From Pirellula sp. (GTDB lineage: Bacteria > Planctomycetota > Planctomycetia > Pirellulales > Pirellulaceae), in assembly GCA_025459245.1 (NCBI GenBank), contig JALOQZ010000001.1:1-46580 (forward strand): a stretch of DNA of 46,580 nt. Direction: 5' to 3'. This document shows, piece by piece, positions 9,519 through 18,873 of this stretch. The notes under the pieces were generated by a model. The model was not told the DNA's origin. It was given only the letters and a program-made list of their open reading frames with translations, and did no database searches. Both the position numbers and the translations under genes were made by a program. Positions within the stretch are counted from its first letter, which is position 1, and every line of letters starts with the position of its first letter.

Positions 9519-12491
9519 TCAAACGCAATGTTTTAGAAACAACTCTCGGATTCGATCGCGATGCTGAGCGCAATGGCTTTCAATCTCCACTCCGTCTGCC
9601 ATATGAAGAACATAAGCGAGTCGATCCAATGCTTCCCGGTCAGTGGGGAGATCGTGTCGTGCTGATAGATTCATTAATCGCAACCCAGTCTCGATCGTTC
9701 GTAGAAACTGGTAACTCGCCTTGAGATCCGCTGACTCTCGAACCGACAAATCTCCCGCGTCGGCGAGTGCTTGCAAGATCTCCGAGGTACTGAATGACCT
9801 CTCTCCAGACAATGCGTGCGACGAGAGCCTTTGAAGCAGTTTGCATTGCGCCAGCCATTCGACGTCGAGCGTTCCACCTCGCCCTCTCTTGATATTGCGA
9901 GAAGAAGCTGTTTGCTCTAGCCGGAGTCGCTCTTCGACAACCAAACGGCTTTCATCGCTGCCCCATGGCGCTGACGTGATCGCATCATGGAGTGCTTTAA
10001 GAACTTTGCGTCCAAACGGCGACTCCGAATTCAGGCAGCGAGCTGGTGATAACTGAACTCTTTGAATCGAATTCAATGGCTGCCGCTCGATGAAGTTCTC
10101 GAAGCGTTCAAGCGACCAAGCCATGGGGCTTCGGTCTTTGGGCGCCAAACTATAAAGGTGCGATTCATAAAGCCTGCCTGTCGGCCCAAGCTTCTGGAGT
10201 TGCTGATTTACCTTGATGGCTAACTGACTAAAGAAGTCGAAGTGCGAAACAGGTCTGGAAGTGCTTGACGCTGCCGAAGGGATCACATTTCCGTCGGAGG
10301 CGTAAAAGCAAATCAGGGATAGATCGCTGTGGTAATTAGGCTCTTGAGCTCCGTACTTTCCAAGCGTTAGAAAGACAAAGGGACATTCATCGCCACTCGG
10401 CAATAGAGGCGTCCCCTGCTTTCGCTTCAGAGCGTCGTAAACAGACTGTATCAAGCGTTCGACACAGGTATCGGCGATCGCGGACAAAACTCGGTGCGTG
10501 GTCGCAATGTCGTCTTTCCCGAGTAAGTCACGGATGCCTACGTTAAGGTGCATCGCATTCTTGAACGAAACCAGAATGGGATGAATTTCATCCGCGCCAC
10601 GGCACATCTCGGAAAGAACCGACGTCAACTGAGTCGCCGTGGGCAGTTTGGAAAGCATCAACGAATCGAGTAGTTCATCGATCATCCCCGGGTGTTGCAA
10701 TAGAATGGACACCAAGTAGGGGCTTGCTCCGCAGAGCCGCACGTATAACTCCATGCTCGCTTCGTGGAAATGAAACAATTCCCACAGAATCCCCTTCCCG
10801 CCGATGGACCGCGTCGTCGCGCACAGGTTCTCTAACGTCAAATCAGGATCAGGAGTTGCATGAATCTTTTGCAGTAGAGTTCTCGCAATCTTAGAAAGCG
10901 CAAATCGGCAACGCTTGGTCGAAAGCAATCGGATATCTTCTCTAGCCAAGGCTCGCAAGTGCTGCAGCGCGGTCGTTCTATGCTTGAAACCAAAACGAGA
11001 CAGAACTTCATAGCACCACTCCTCCGATGGCTTTGGATCCAGAATCAAATCAACTTCATCCCATTCGTTCGATTGGCCCCATCGCAAGCTCTCTTTCTCT
11101 GGAGGTGCCTTTGAATCCCCCACAGAAACGTTGCGAACACCAAAAGTCGAGAAATCGATCTCTTCGATTTGACACCTCAAAACCTCCCCACGGAGTTTTG
11201 AAATCCCCGCATCGCGATCGCCGTTCTGTTCGGAAACATCGACCGAGATGTCGATCGCCTTATTGCCATTGAGGCTATCTTGCAATTGATGCCAGCATTG
11301 CTGCAGTCGGAGATCGCCCAATGCGCTCCAGAGATTTAGCAAATGAGACGACGTTGCAGGGGCCGACGAAAGTGCAGGGCCCGATGTAAAATGATACGAC
11401 TGCTTCGGACGACGAAGATTTTGACGATCGACGGCGATAAACTCCGCCTCATCCTCCTCCGATGAGAATTGCTGGAATACGAACGAACTCGATTCCTCGA
11501 TCGCTTGTGATGCCGTGAACGGATCGCCGGCAATAAACCGGGGGGATAACAACGCAAATCGACCGACCGCAAAGCCTTCACGATCGATCTCTTGGATCCA
11601 CGCCTTCGGGTCGAGCAAATTACATGGAGCGATTGAGGTAGGAATTGGAAGGAGCCCCGTCGTGTCCAGGGAATAGGCCAAGCCGCTTGGATGAGTCATC
11701 CAATAGCTCCACCGGGAAACGAAACGGGACAATTCCTCGTCACTACAGGCGGGAGGCGATACGGATGGTGCAGCCGTTCGATTAAGTAGAACCTGCAGCT
11801 CAAGCGGCTGCACAAAATCGAGCATCCCCGTTCCGTAATCTCCAACGGCTAAGAAGCTGACCAGATTGGAAAGAGGAGTAGATTGCTTTCTCCTGCTTTG
11901 AGATGAGATTTCAACGACCTTCAAACAACCGTGAACCCCCGCATCGGCGATGTCCGCCAGCTGTCGCATCGACTCTTCTGCGGATACGCCATGGAGGTAG
12001 AAACCGCAAACAACACGAAGCGTCTCCCGCTGCCGAAACGTTCGCATGCAAGGTAACCAATCCCTCTCCTCTTCAAGACCAAGCAATTCGTTGACGAGAA
12101 CATCGCGCAAGAGTTCTGCCTTGGTCGATTGCCCTGCATGAAGCCGCAGCCAATCGAAGGAGTCGGGGTCGTGGATTAGCCATTCCGTCGCGGAGGAAGG
12201 AATCGAAAGGATGCGCAGAAGTACGGGAAGCGCGTCAGGATCTCGATCCAAAAACGACAAGAAAAAACGCGGACTCCGTGTGCGGTCCACAAACCGGAAC
12301 AGCTTTTCCAATCCGTTTTCTAGGTCAGGAAAATCGGCGAGGAACCGAGCAAGCTGCTGGAAGAGGACGTCCCCCATCCCATACGCCCGAGTGGTGTCCC
12401 ACCACCGACGAATGCTCCCAAGCGAATCTTGAGATAGGGTGAGTCGATGATCGGAGCACCACTGCTCGATACTGTCCATGAACGATACCAT
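9519..12491 (-). CDS. glnE: GlnE-like glutamine synthetase adenylyltransferase/adenylyl-removing enzyme homolog (degenerate motifs)
   Basis: LGKYGAQEPNYHSDLSL (cf. GKLGGxELxYxSDLDL), NIKRGRGGTLDVEWLAQ, YQFLRTIETGLRL, HPGMIDELLD; two-repeat architecture of 990 aa. Confidence 0.8.
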   Translation of the reverse strand: MVSFMDSIEQWCSDHRLTLSQDSLGSIRRWWDTTRAYGMGDVLFQQLARFLADFPDLENGLEKLFRFVDRTRSPRFFLSFLDRDPDALPVLLRILSIPSSATEWLIHDPDSFDWLRLHAGQSTKAELLRDVLVNELLGLEEERDWLPCMRTFRQRETLRVVCGFYLHGVSAEESMRQLADIADAGVHGCLKVVEISSQSRRKQSTPLSNLVSFLAVGDYGTGMLDFVQPLELQVLLNRTAAPSVSPPACSDEELSRFVSRWSYWMTHPSGLAYSLDTTGLLPIPTSIAPCNLLDPKAWIQEIDREGFAVGRFALLSPRFIAGDPFTASQAIEESSSFVFQQFSSEEDEAEFIAVDRQNLRRPKQSYHFTSGPALSSAPATSSHLLNLWSALGDLRLQQCWHQLQDSLNGNKAIDISVDVSEQNGDRDAGISKLRGEVLRCQIEEIDFSTFGVRNVSVGDSKAPPEKESLRWGQSNEWDEVDLILDPKPSEEWCYEVLSRFGFKHRTTALQHLRALAREDIRLLSTKRCRFALSKIARTLLQKIHATPDPDLTLENLCATTRSIGGKGILWELFHFHEASMELYVRLCGASPYLVSILLQHPGMIDELLDSLMLSKLPTATQLTSVLSEMCRGADEIHPILVSFKNAMHLNVGIRDLLGKDDIATTHRVLSAIADTCVERLIQSVYDALKRKQGTPLLPSGDECPFVFLTLGKYGAQEPNYHSDLSLICFYASDGNVIPSAASSTSRPVSHFDFFSQLAIKVNQQLQKLGPTGRLYESHLYSLAPKDRSPMAWSLERFENFIERQPLNSIQRVQLSPARCLNSESPFGRKVLKALHDAITSAPWGSDESRLVVEERLRLEQTASSRNIKRGRGGTLDVEWLAQCKLLQRLSSHALSGERSFSTSEILQALADAGDLSVRESADLKASYQFLRTIETGLRLMNLSARHDLPTDREALDRLAYVLHMADGVEIESHCAQHRDRIRELFLKHCV

Positions 12492-12673
12492 CGACCGGGA
12501 AACGAAGAAACAGACACTACAAGGAGGCGGATCCGGGCCAAAGATGGCCCGCCGCCCCCTTCATAGAATAGCGTCTGCCGACCGAAACCAAAGGTCCTTG
12601 CGCGATTTGATACCGCGGTTCCTGTCCTCTGAGCTAGCCAGCAATCGTTCCTGGATCAGCCGAACCGAGGTGG

Positions 12674-13000
12674 TTATCGCCCGATGCTCGGTGGGTTGTT
12701 CGCGAAGAAATCTCGAGGTCCGCGAACGGTGTAGTAAGGATAAGCTGTGGCAGGTGCGGGAACTCCCGAGCCAACTTGGCTGTCCGCAGCGTAGTTTTGA
12801 TGACCTGCAAAGTGGCCGCCTCGCAGGTGATGTCCGTAGTCGGTCCCACCTCGTTGCCAGCCGATAGCGCAAGGCCGGCATCCAATAGGTGTGTTGCATC
12901 CATTGCAGCTACGGCAATGACGGCGTTCCATAAGATTGCAACCGCTGAAAGATGCGACTGCGATACCAAGGAGAACTAGGGCTTGAATGCCGCGTTTCAT
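12674..13000 (-). CDS. Small Cys/His-rich lipoprotein, Planctomycete-type
   Basis: Lipoprotein signal ..VASFSG-C; CxxCxxC..CxxC; C-terminal YPYYTVRGPRDFFANNPPSIG; GGAAGGA RBS-like sequence upstream. Confidence 0.75.
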   Translation of the reverse strand: MKRGIQALVLLGIAVASFSGCNLMERRHCRSCNGCNTPIGCRPCAIGWQRGGTDYGHHLRGGHFAGHQNYAADSQVGSGVPAPATAYPYYTVRGPRDFFANNPPSIGR

Positions 13001-13260
13001 GACTGGGTCCTTCCAATGTGCTAATTGCTGGCAAAATCCTTCTCGGTGAGCAGTGGCCTACTCCTCAGCAATAGCGTTAACATCGAACCGAGCAGGCCGC
13101 CAAATACAATCCCTTCGGTCCCATCCTCAGAAACTACCACCCTTCCCCAGCCTGCCTGTCTTTCCAGTGATTCTTTGACACCTGGCTGTAACCTTTTCCA
13201 AGTAAATGGATCAACACAAGTGCCTGAGTTTGGATCCTTACATTCACCCCATCATCCAAT

Positions 13261-14976
13261 ATGCTTCGATTTTATGACAACTCGCGATGGTCTAGGTCGC
13301 TTGCTATCGCACTCATCATTGGATGGTGGATCGGTTTTTTTCCGAGAGTCATGATGGGGCAAACCGGCCCACACGGCGATCGATTCATGCACAGCAGCAA
13401 CTGCGCCCTCTGTCACGCTCATTCCGACAGAGCTATCGCAATGCGAGACAGCCGCGGACAAAACATTGCCCCCTACGATCTGTGGTCGGGGTCCATGATG
13501 GCGCAGTCCTCGAGAGATCCATACTGGAAGGCGGTCCTGTCCGCTGAGATCCTCGCCACGCCTGCACAACGCGACCACATCGTTGATTTGTGTACACGCT
13601 GCCATTCTCCGATGGCTCCGGTGGCATCGCTTCACGGAGAAACTGGATCACTTCAGTTTCTTTCACCGGGAGAACCAAACCACGAATTGGCGAGCGATGG
13701 GGTGTCCTGCACGGTCTGCCATCGGATGAGCGATGAAAAGTTAGGAACTCCCGAATCGTTCACAGGTGGCTTTGTATTCAATCAAGCCAATGAAATCTAT
13801 GGACCGCACTCAGATCCCTTCACGATGCCTATGCAGCGACACGTAGGATACACGCCGAAGCGAGGGGATCACATCATGCGATCGGCCCTTTGTGCAACCT
13901 GCCACACCGTTGTCACCGAGAGCTTCGATATCGAAGGAAAAGCAACGCACCAAACTCTGCACGAACAAGCCCCCTATCTCGAATGGCAAAATTCATCCTT
14001 CAACAACGAAATAGCGGCAAACAAAGATGCAGGCCGATCATGCCAATCCTGCCACATGCCGCAAACCGATGCTGACGGAAAGATCATATCCACTCGCATC
14101 GCTCACAATCCGGGCGGACGAGACTTCCCGTTCCTAGCCCCACGCTCTCCGTTTGGACAACACACGTTTGCAGGTGGAAATGTGTTCATGACGCAACTTA
14201 TGCGATCGAATCGCAAAGACTTGGGTATCCAAACTTCCGTCGAAGCGTTCGATCGCGTCATTCGAGCATCGCGACATCTCCTCACTGAACAGACTGCAGA
14301 GGTTTCTATCGGCAAAGCTAATCGACGCGACGGAATTGTTGAGATTCCAGTGAGCGTTTCGAATTTGTCTGGACACAAGCTACCTACTGCGTATCCATCG
14401 CGCCGCTTGTGGATTGAATTCACGATTAGCAATGAATCGAACGAACGAGTTTTTAGCTCAGGGATAATCAACCGCTCGGGTCGAATCACTAACATGTCGG
14501 GGGATCTACTCCCTTCCGAAATCGCTGGAGGCCCCATCCAGCCACATTACGATTCCATTCAAAAGAGCGATGAGGTTCAAGTCTACGAAACCATGATGAG
14601 CGACTCGAACGGAAAAGTTACCTTTTCTCTTCTTCGTGGGTCGGCGTTCCTCAAAGACAATCGTTTGCTACCGAAGGGCTGGAGCCTTGATGACGACCAA
14701 TTCAAACCCATTCAACCGAGCGGAACTGGAAGCGACGCGAATTTCCTCGGCGGTGGTGATAGCACCACCTACTCCGTAGCGCTACCACCAGGCAGATATC
14801 GCGTGGAGGCCAGATTACTTTTTCAATCCCTCTCGTCCCGTTACATGGAGGAACTGTTTCAGACGTCCTCCCCAGAAGTTGAGTTGTTTCAATCGATGTA
14901 CCGCAACATGGATCTGACCCCTGAAGTCATCGACACGGCAGTGGTTGAAATGGAACTCCCGTCAGAGGCGATGTGA
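13261..14976 (+). CDS. Periplasmic multiheme (pentaheme) c-type cytochrome
   Basis: Signal/TM N-terminus; five CxxCH motifs (CALCH, CTRCH, CTVCH, CATCH, CQSCH); GHKLPT..RRLW and KDNRLLPKG in the C-terminal half. Confidence 0.9.
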   Translation: MLRFYDNSRWSRSLAIALIIGWWIGFFPRVMMGQTGPHGDRFMHSSNCALCHAHSDRAIAMRDSRGQNIAPYDLWSGSMMAQSSRDPYWKAVLSAEILATPAQRDHIVDLCTRCHSPMAPVASLHGETGSLQFLSPGEPNHELASDGVSCTVCHRMSDEKLGTPESFTGGFVFNQANEIYGPHSDPFTMPMQRHVGYTPKRGDHIMRSALCATCHTVVTESFDIEGKATHQTLHEQAPYLEWQNSSFNNEIAANKDAGRSCQSCHMPQTDADGKIISTRIAHNPGGRDFPFLAPRSPFGQHTFAGGNVFMTQLMRSNRKDLGIQTSVEAFDRVIRASRHLLTEQTAEVSIGKANRRDGIVEIPVSVSNLSGHKLPTAYPSRRLWIEFTISNESNERVFSSGIINRSGRITNMSGDLLPSEIAGGPIQPHYDSIQKSDEVQVYETMMSDSNGKVTFSLLRGSAFLKDNRLLPKGWSLDDDQFKPIQPSGTGSDANFLGGGDSTTYSVALPPGRYRVEARLLFQSLSSRYMEELFQTSSPEVELFQSMYRNMDLTPEVIDTAVVEMELPSEAM

Positions 14977-14982
14977 TTCACG

Positions 14983-15735
14983 TCAGCGGCCAGCGACTTC
15001 CAGGAGAGTTGTGTAGCGCTTTAAGCTTCGGAGCACTAGGTACTGCGACGCGCCGATGACCGCGACAGCAACCCAGATCGGCTCCATAATGAATCGATGT
15101 TCTATGACAAAATGCTCCGCGATCTCCACAATAACAAACCCCAGGCAAATCTGACACAGTGCCGTGTACTCTCGCTTAAGAACATTCCTCAAAGAAAACG
15201 GGAGAGATGGCTTCTTCCAACCAGTGAGTCGAGGCAGAAAGGCCGGAGTCGTCTCTGCCCATTCCCTGTAACTAGCACCGAACTTCGACTGAAGAAAATC
15301 CTCTTCCGCCAACATGATACGTTCGTAGTAGAGAGCAAAGGCCAGTATGTAAATGATGGGTAGCCACCAGATCAACGGCAGGAGCATTGGTCCAAGGCCG
15401 ATTAAGAAGTTCCCCAAGTAGAGTGGATGCCTCACTAGGGAGTAGATCCCGGTGGTATTAAGTTGGGATGCAGCTTGCTTCGTCGTGTTTCGTCCCGACG
15501 TGCCTTTAGGGGTATGGCCAATCGTGATGACACGGATCGCGAATCCCAATAGGGATATCGCCATGCAGCCCGCTTCTGCGATTTCATGAAAAGCATGGCT
15601 CCCCATGGGCCACGCCATGTGCATCACCGCGATTGTTAATGGGATCATCATCAAAACAGGAAGATAGCTTCTCCATCGGAAGAGAAAGTTTCCTTGCTTC
15701 GTCAAAAGATCATTCATCATTACGAATACCATCAT
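14983..15735 (-). CDS. ICMT/PEMT-family membrane methyltransferase, resembling lipid A 1-phosphate methyltransferase LmtA
   Basis: QGNFLFRWRSYLP, TPKGTSGRNT, LNTTGIYSLVRHPLYLGNFL, YYERIMLAEEDFL..FG..Y..W...PAFLP; multiple TM helices. Confidence 0.82.
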   Translation of the reverse strand: MMVFVMMNDLLTKQGNFLFRWRSYLPVLMMIPLTIAVMHMAWPMGSHAFHEIAEAGCMAISLLGFAIRVITIGHTPKGTSGRNTTKQAASQLNTTGIYSLVRHPLYLGNFLIGLGPMLLPLIWWLPIIYILAFALYYERIMLAEEDFLQSKFGASYREWAETTPAFLPRLTGWKKPSLPFSLRNVLKREYTALCQICLGFVIVEIAEHFVIEHRFIMEPIWVAVAVIGASQYLVLRSLKRYTTLLEVAGR

Positions 15736-15809
15736 CCTTGAATGTCGCGAAATGGATATGTGGGTAAGCTAACGGTCACTCTATTACAGGTCAACATCAC
15801 TGAAACTAC

Positions 15810-15843
15810 TGCAAAATACTGCATCAGTATGCAATTACGTGCA
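15810..15843. promoter_or_regulatory. Phased TGCA array (putative bEBP enhancer/UAS) between divergent methyltransferase and PAP2 genes
   Basis: TGCA at 15810, 15820, 15830 and 15840, i.e. TGCA-N6-TGCA twice with exact 10-bp period. Confidence 0.6.
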
Positions 15844-15967
15844 GGGACTTATCAACCATGCTTAGAATGCGCGTTGGTATGACATCTTGCTTCACCGTGG
15901 CATTCAATTGTATTGTCTAGCTCAATACGAAGAATCTGATCCCAAGACGGAAAGTCATTCCGATTTC

Positions 15968-16990
15968 ATGAAGCTATTGACTTGGTATTTGGGACATCGA
16001 TTTGTTCGCTGCGTCTTCTTTTCGCTAATTGCGTTCGTTGGTTGCCGATCGTCGCTTGGACCTGCGAAGTTCACCAACCAGAGTGTTTCGGAGAATCAAC
16101 GATCGAAGAGCGATTCGTTTCGGTTTCGGTGGCCGTCGAGTAAAGGTGAATCGATCGAAATTCGTTCGATAGCCGATCGAGAGATATCGCTAGAGAATCC
16201 GCTTTTGTTCCAAGCTCCATTTGAAGGTCCGTTGCCGTTGAACACAATGGACGGCTTGCAGGAGGAAAGCGAATCGGGATCGATTTGGGAGCGACTTTGG
16301 AGCGACCAAAAGAATTTTTATTCTGCCGAATCGCTCTCGTTGCTAGGAGGTGGGGTGCTCATTGGTGGTGCGATGGCGAATTCTTCGATCGACGAAGGAA
16401 TTCAGCGACATTTTCAAAGCAGCGTTCGCGGAGCGACTTCGGATGAATGGTTCGAGTCCTTGCACGCAAGCAAGGAGCTTGGCAACGGCATGTACACGCT
16501 GCCTGTTTTCGCATCGGCTTGGGCTGCAGGTGAATTGCTGCCGGATAATCGTTTCGCGGAGACGAGTGGTAGATGGGGGGAAAGATCCCTTCGCGGTTTT
16601 GTCGCTGGAGCTCCTCCGCTTATCGCTTTGCAGCAGTTGACGGGGGGATCTCGCCCAATGGAGAGTAGTTCAAGTTCGAACTGGCAGCCGTTTCAAGACG
16701 TCAACGGCGTGAGCGGTCACTCGTTCATGGGCTCGCTTCCGTTCATCACCGCAGCAAAGATGACCGATAACCTAGCATATAAATCATTATTTTATGCGGG
16801 CTCTGCGATCGCTCCACTTTCGCGTGTCAACGATAACGCGCATTATCCATCCCAAGTCGCCCTCGGATGGTGGATGGCTTATCTCGCCGCGAGTGCGGTG
16901 AATGCGACGGACAATCCTCAGTCGAAGTGGCGCTTTTATCCATACCTTTCGGGCGACGGAACAGGTGTTATGGCCGAGATGCGATTCTAA
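15968..16990 (+). CDS. PAP2-family phosphatase (possible lipoprotein)
   Basis: PAP2 motifs C1 (..GGSRP), C2 (VSGHS), C3 (SRVNDNAHYPSQ); N-terminal hydrophobic stretch ending FVGC. Start placed at ATG 15968; the ORF is open from 15887. Confidence 0.8.
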   Translation: MKLLTWYLGHRFVRCVFFSLIAFVGCRSSLGPAKFTNQSVSENQRSKSDSFRFRWPSSKGESIEIRSIADREISLENPLLFQAPFEGPLPLNTMDGLQEESESGSIWERLWSDQKNFYSAESLSLLGGGVLIGGAMANSSIDEGIQRHFQSSVRGATSDEWFESLHASKELGNGMYTLPVFASAWAAGELLPDNRFAETSGRWGERSLRGFVAGAPPLIALQQLTGGSRPMESSSSSNWQPFQDVNGVSGHSFMGSLPFITAAKMTDNLAYKSLFYAGSAIAPLSRVNDNAHYPSQVALGWWMAYLAASAVNATDNPQSKWRFYPYLSGDGTGVMAEMRF

Positions 16991-17011
16991 AGCAAACCCG
17001 CCTATTGCGAC

Positions 17012-17047
17012 TGCAAGAATTAGCACAGGTTCCTGCAATCTCCTGCA
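17012..17047. promoter_or_regulatory. Tandem TGCA-N6-(T/A)GCA boxes (putative bEBP UAS) upstream of the regulator gene
   Basis: TGCAAGAATTAGCA (17012-17025) and TGCAATCTCCTGCA (17034-17047), about 130 bp upstream of a sigma54 motif. Confidence 0.55.
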
Positions 17048-17175
17048 CCGTTCGTCGATTAGAATGAAGTGCTGACGCCGTGGTTTTTGGGAAATCAGGA
17101 GCTTGCACCTTTGTTTTCTTTGGCTTTTTGCGACTTCGGGAAACCAATGTGCCAAGCTTCGCACTTGCGATGGAA

Positions 17176-17192
17176 TTGGTATGAGTCGTGCT
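17176..17192 (+). promoter_or_regulatory. Putative sigma54 (-24/-12) promoter of the NtrC-family regulator
   Basis: TTGGTATGAGTCGTGCT: GG-N10-GC spacing, resembling YTGGCACGrNNNTTGCW. Confidence 0.6.
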
Positions 17193-17293
17193 TAACTGCG
17201 GAGCAAGGTAACGGAGCGAGGTTGCGAGCGTGTAATCTCCATCGCGTTGGATAAAGCGCACAGGACCCTCGAGTGGACTTAGGCTGGAACGGA

Positions 17294-18658
17294 ATGGAAC
17301 GAACGACGCAATTTGGTGTCTTGATAGTCGATGATGAGCCCAATATTCGGTCTGGGTTTGCCAAGGGGTTAGCTGCGGAGGCAGATCTTGTCGAAACTGC
17401 GGGGAACGCAGTCGAAGCACTTGAGAAGTTTCAATCTCGCGAGCATGCGCTCGTTATTGTCGACGTGCGGTTGAACTGCGAGATGTCAGGGCTTGAGTTG
17501 CTGCGCAGAATCATCCATTTGCGTCCGCAGACAGCAGTGATCGTTATTACCGCGCATGGTACTGTGGAGACGGCAGTAGAGGCGATGCGATCCGGTGCGT
17601 TCGATTTCATCTTGAAACCGGTCGATTTGAATTTGGTTCGGCAGCAAGTTCGGAAGGCTCGTGAGCATTTCGATTTGCTAAACGAAAACGCTTTGCTTCG
17701 ACATCAATTAGCCGAGTCGGGGGAGATTTCTCGCATCGTCGCCGGCGGCGCCGCGATGGAAGAGGTCTTCCGGCAGATTCGGCAAGTTGCAGCGACCGAG
17801 GCCACGGTGATGATTCACGGTGAAAGCGGGACAGGAAAGGAGCTCATTGCACGCGCTCTTCACGACTTGAGCGACCGAAACAAAGGGCCGTTTGTGGCCG
17901 TCAACCTAGGTGCATTGCCCGAAACATTGCTGGAAAGCGAATTGTTTGGTCATGAGAAAGGTTCTTTTAGCGGTGCAATCCGTCAAAAACCTGGCTGCTT
18001 TGAGCAGGCCGCAGGCGGGACATTGTTTCTTGACGAAGTGACCGAGATGTCGGCCAAGAGCCAAGTGGATTTGCTTCGAGTTTTGGAGACAGGCGAATTC
18101 AATCGCATCGGAGGTGAAGCGCGACTTCAGTCCAGCGCCCGTATCATCTCCGCAACCAATCGCTCCGTACAGGACTTGATCGAGGATGGTACCTTTCGCG
18201 AAGATCTCTTCTATCGACTGAACATCATTCCTATTGAAGTTCCCCCGCTTCGGAAACGGCGGGAAGACATCCCATTACTGGTGCAGCACTTTCTGGAGCA
18301 CTTTTGTAGTCGGCATCGAAAGGACTTGAAGTCGGTCACACCAGAGGCGATGCAGATCCTTAGTACAGCGCCCTGGCCAGGAAACGTGCGACAATTGCGA
18401 AATGTCATCGAGCGTTTGGTCATCGTGGGCGCATCCAGCGCCATTGGCATCCAAGACTTACCGAGCGATCTGCAAAAAGGATCACGGCTCGTGCAATCCA
18501 CTCCAACTTCGCTAGCGGAGGCGTTGGACGAATGCGAAAAGATCACCATTCAAGCCGCATTAGAAGCCTGTAATCTTCATCGTGAGAACACGGCGAAGCT
18601 GTTGGGAATCAGCGTTCGCACGTTGCATTACAAAATGAGTCGACATGGCATGCACTAA
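17294..18658 (+). CDS. Sigma54-dependent response regulator (NtrC/ZraR/AtoC family: REC-AAA+-Fis HTH)
   Basis: IVDDE receiver, Walker A GESGTGKE, ESELFGHEKGSFSGA, Walker B LFLDEV, FREDLFYRLN, WPGNVRQL, C-terminal TAKLLGISVRTLHYKM HTH. Confidence 0.95.
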   Translation: MERTTQFGVLIVDDEPNIRSGFAKGLAAEADLVETAGNAVEALEKFQSREHALVIVDVRLNCEMSGLELLRRIIHLRPQTAVIVITAHGTVETAVEAMRSGAFDFILKPVDLNLVRQQVRKAREHFDLLNENALLRHQLAESGEISRIVAGGAAMEEVFRQIRQVAATEATVMIHGESGTGKELIARALHDLSDRNKGPFVAVNLGALPETLLESELFGHEKGSFSGAIRQKPGCFEQAAGGTLFLDEVTEMSAKSQVDLLRVLETGEFNRIGGEARLQSSARIISATNRSVQDLIEDGTFREDLFYRLNIIPIEVPPLRKRREDIPLLVQHFLEHFCSRHRKDLKSVTPEAMQILSTAPWPGNVRQLRNVIERLVIVGASSAIGIQDLPSDLQKGSRLVQSTPTSLAEALDECEKITIQAALEACNLHRENTAKLLGISVRTLHYKMSRHGMH

Positions 18659-18663
18659 TCGAA

Positions 18664-18873
18664 TCACCCCTCTCGCAGCTCATGCCCCATGCAGCGTTGG
18701 GCATCTAATTTGATTCGCATATTTTCACTCGCCTCCTCTTCGTTTTGAATCTGGTTGGGGGTTGAGCCCTGACGAGGGCTCTGGCTTCGAATCGCCGCCC
18801 CGGATTGTGGGATATCCGAGCCTAGCATCGCAGTCAAAAAAGAAATGAGAATCGACGTCCGGAACCTAAGCAT
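18664..18873 (-). CDS. Small (69 aa) putatively exported protein, antisense between regulator and kinase
   Basis: AGGAG RBS just upstream of the ATG; basic then hydrophobic N-terminus; near-consensus sigma54 promoter ~120 bp upstream; stop codon lies 5 bp from the convergent regulator stop. Confidence 0.55.
   Translation of the reverse strand: MLRFRTSILISFLTAMLGSDIPQSGAAIRSQSPRQGSTPNQIQNEEEASENMRIKLDAQRCMGHELREG

Noticed and set aside
15874-15912. Sigma54-like motifs upstream of the PAP2 gene (TTGGTATGACATCTTGCT; TGGCATTCAATTGT)
   Set aside because: Spacing is GG-N11-GC and GG-N9-GT rather than the strict GG-N10-GC. It may be a decayed promoter, but it is not called.
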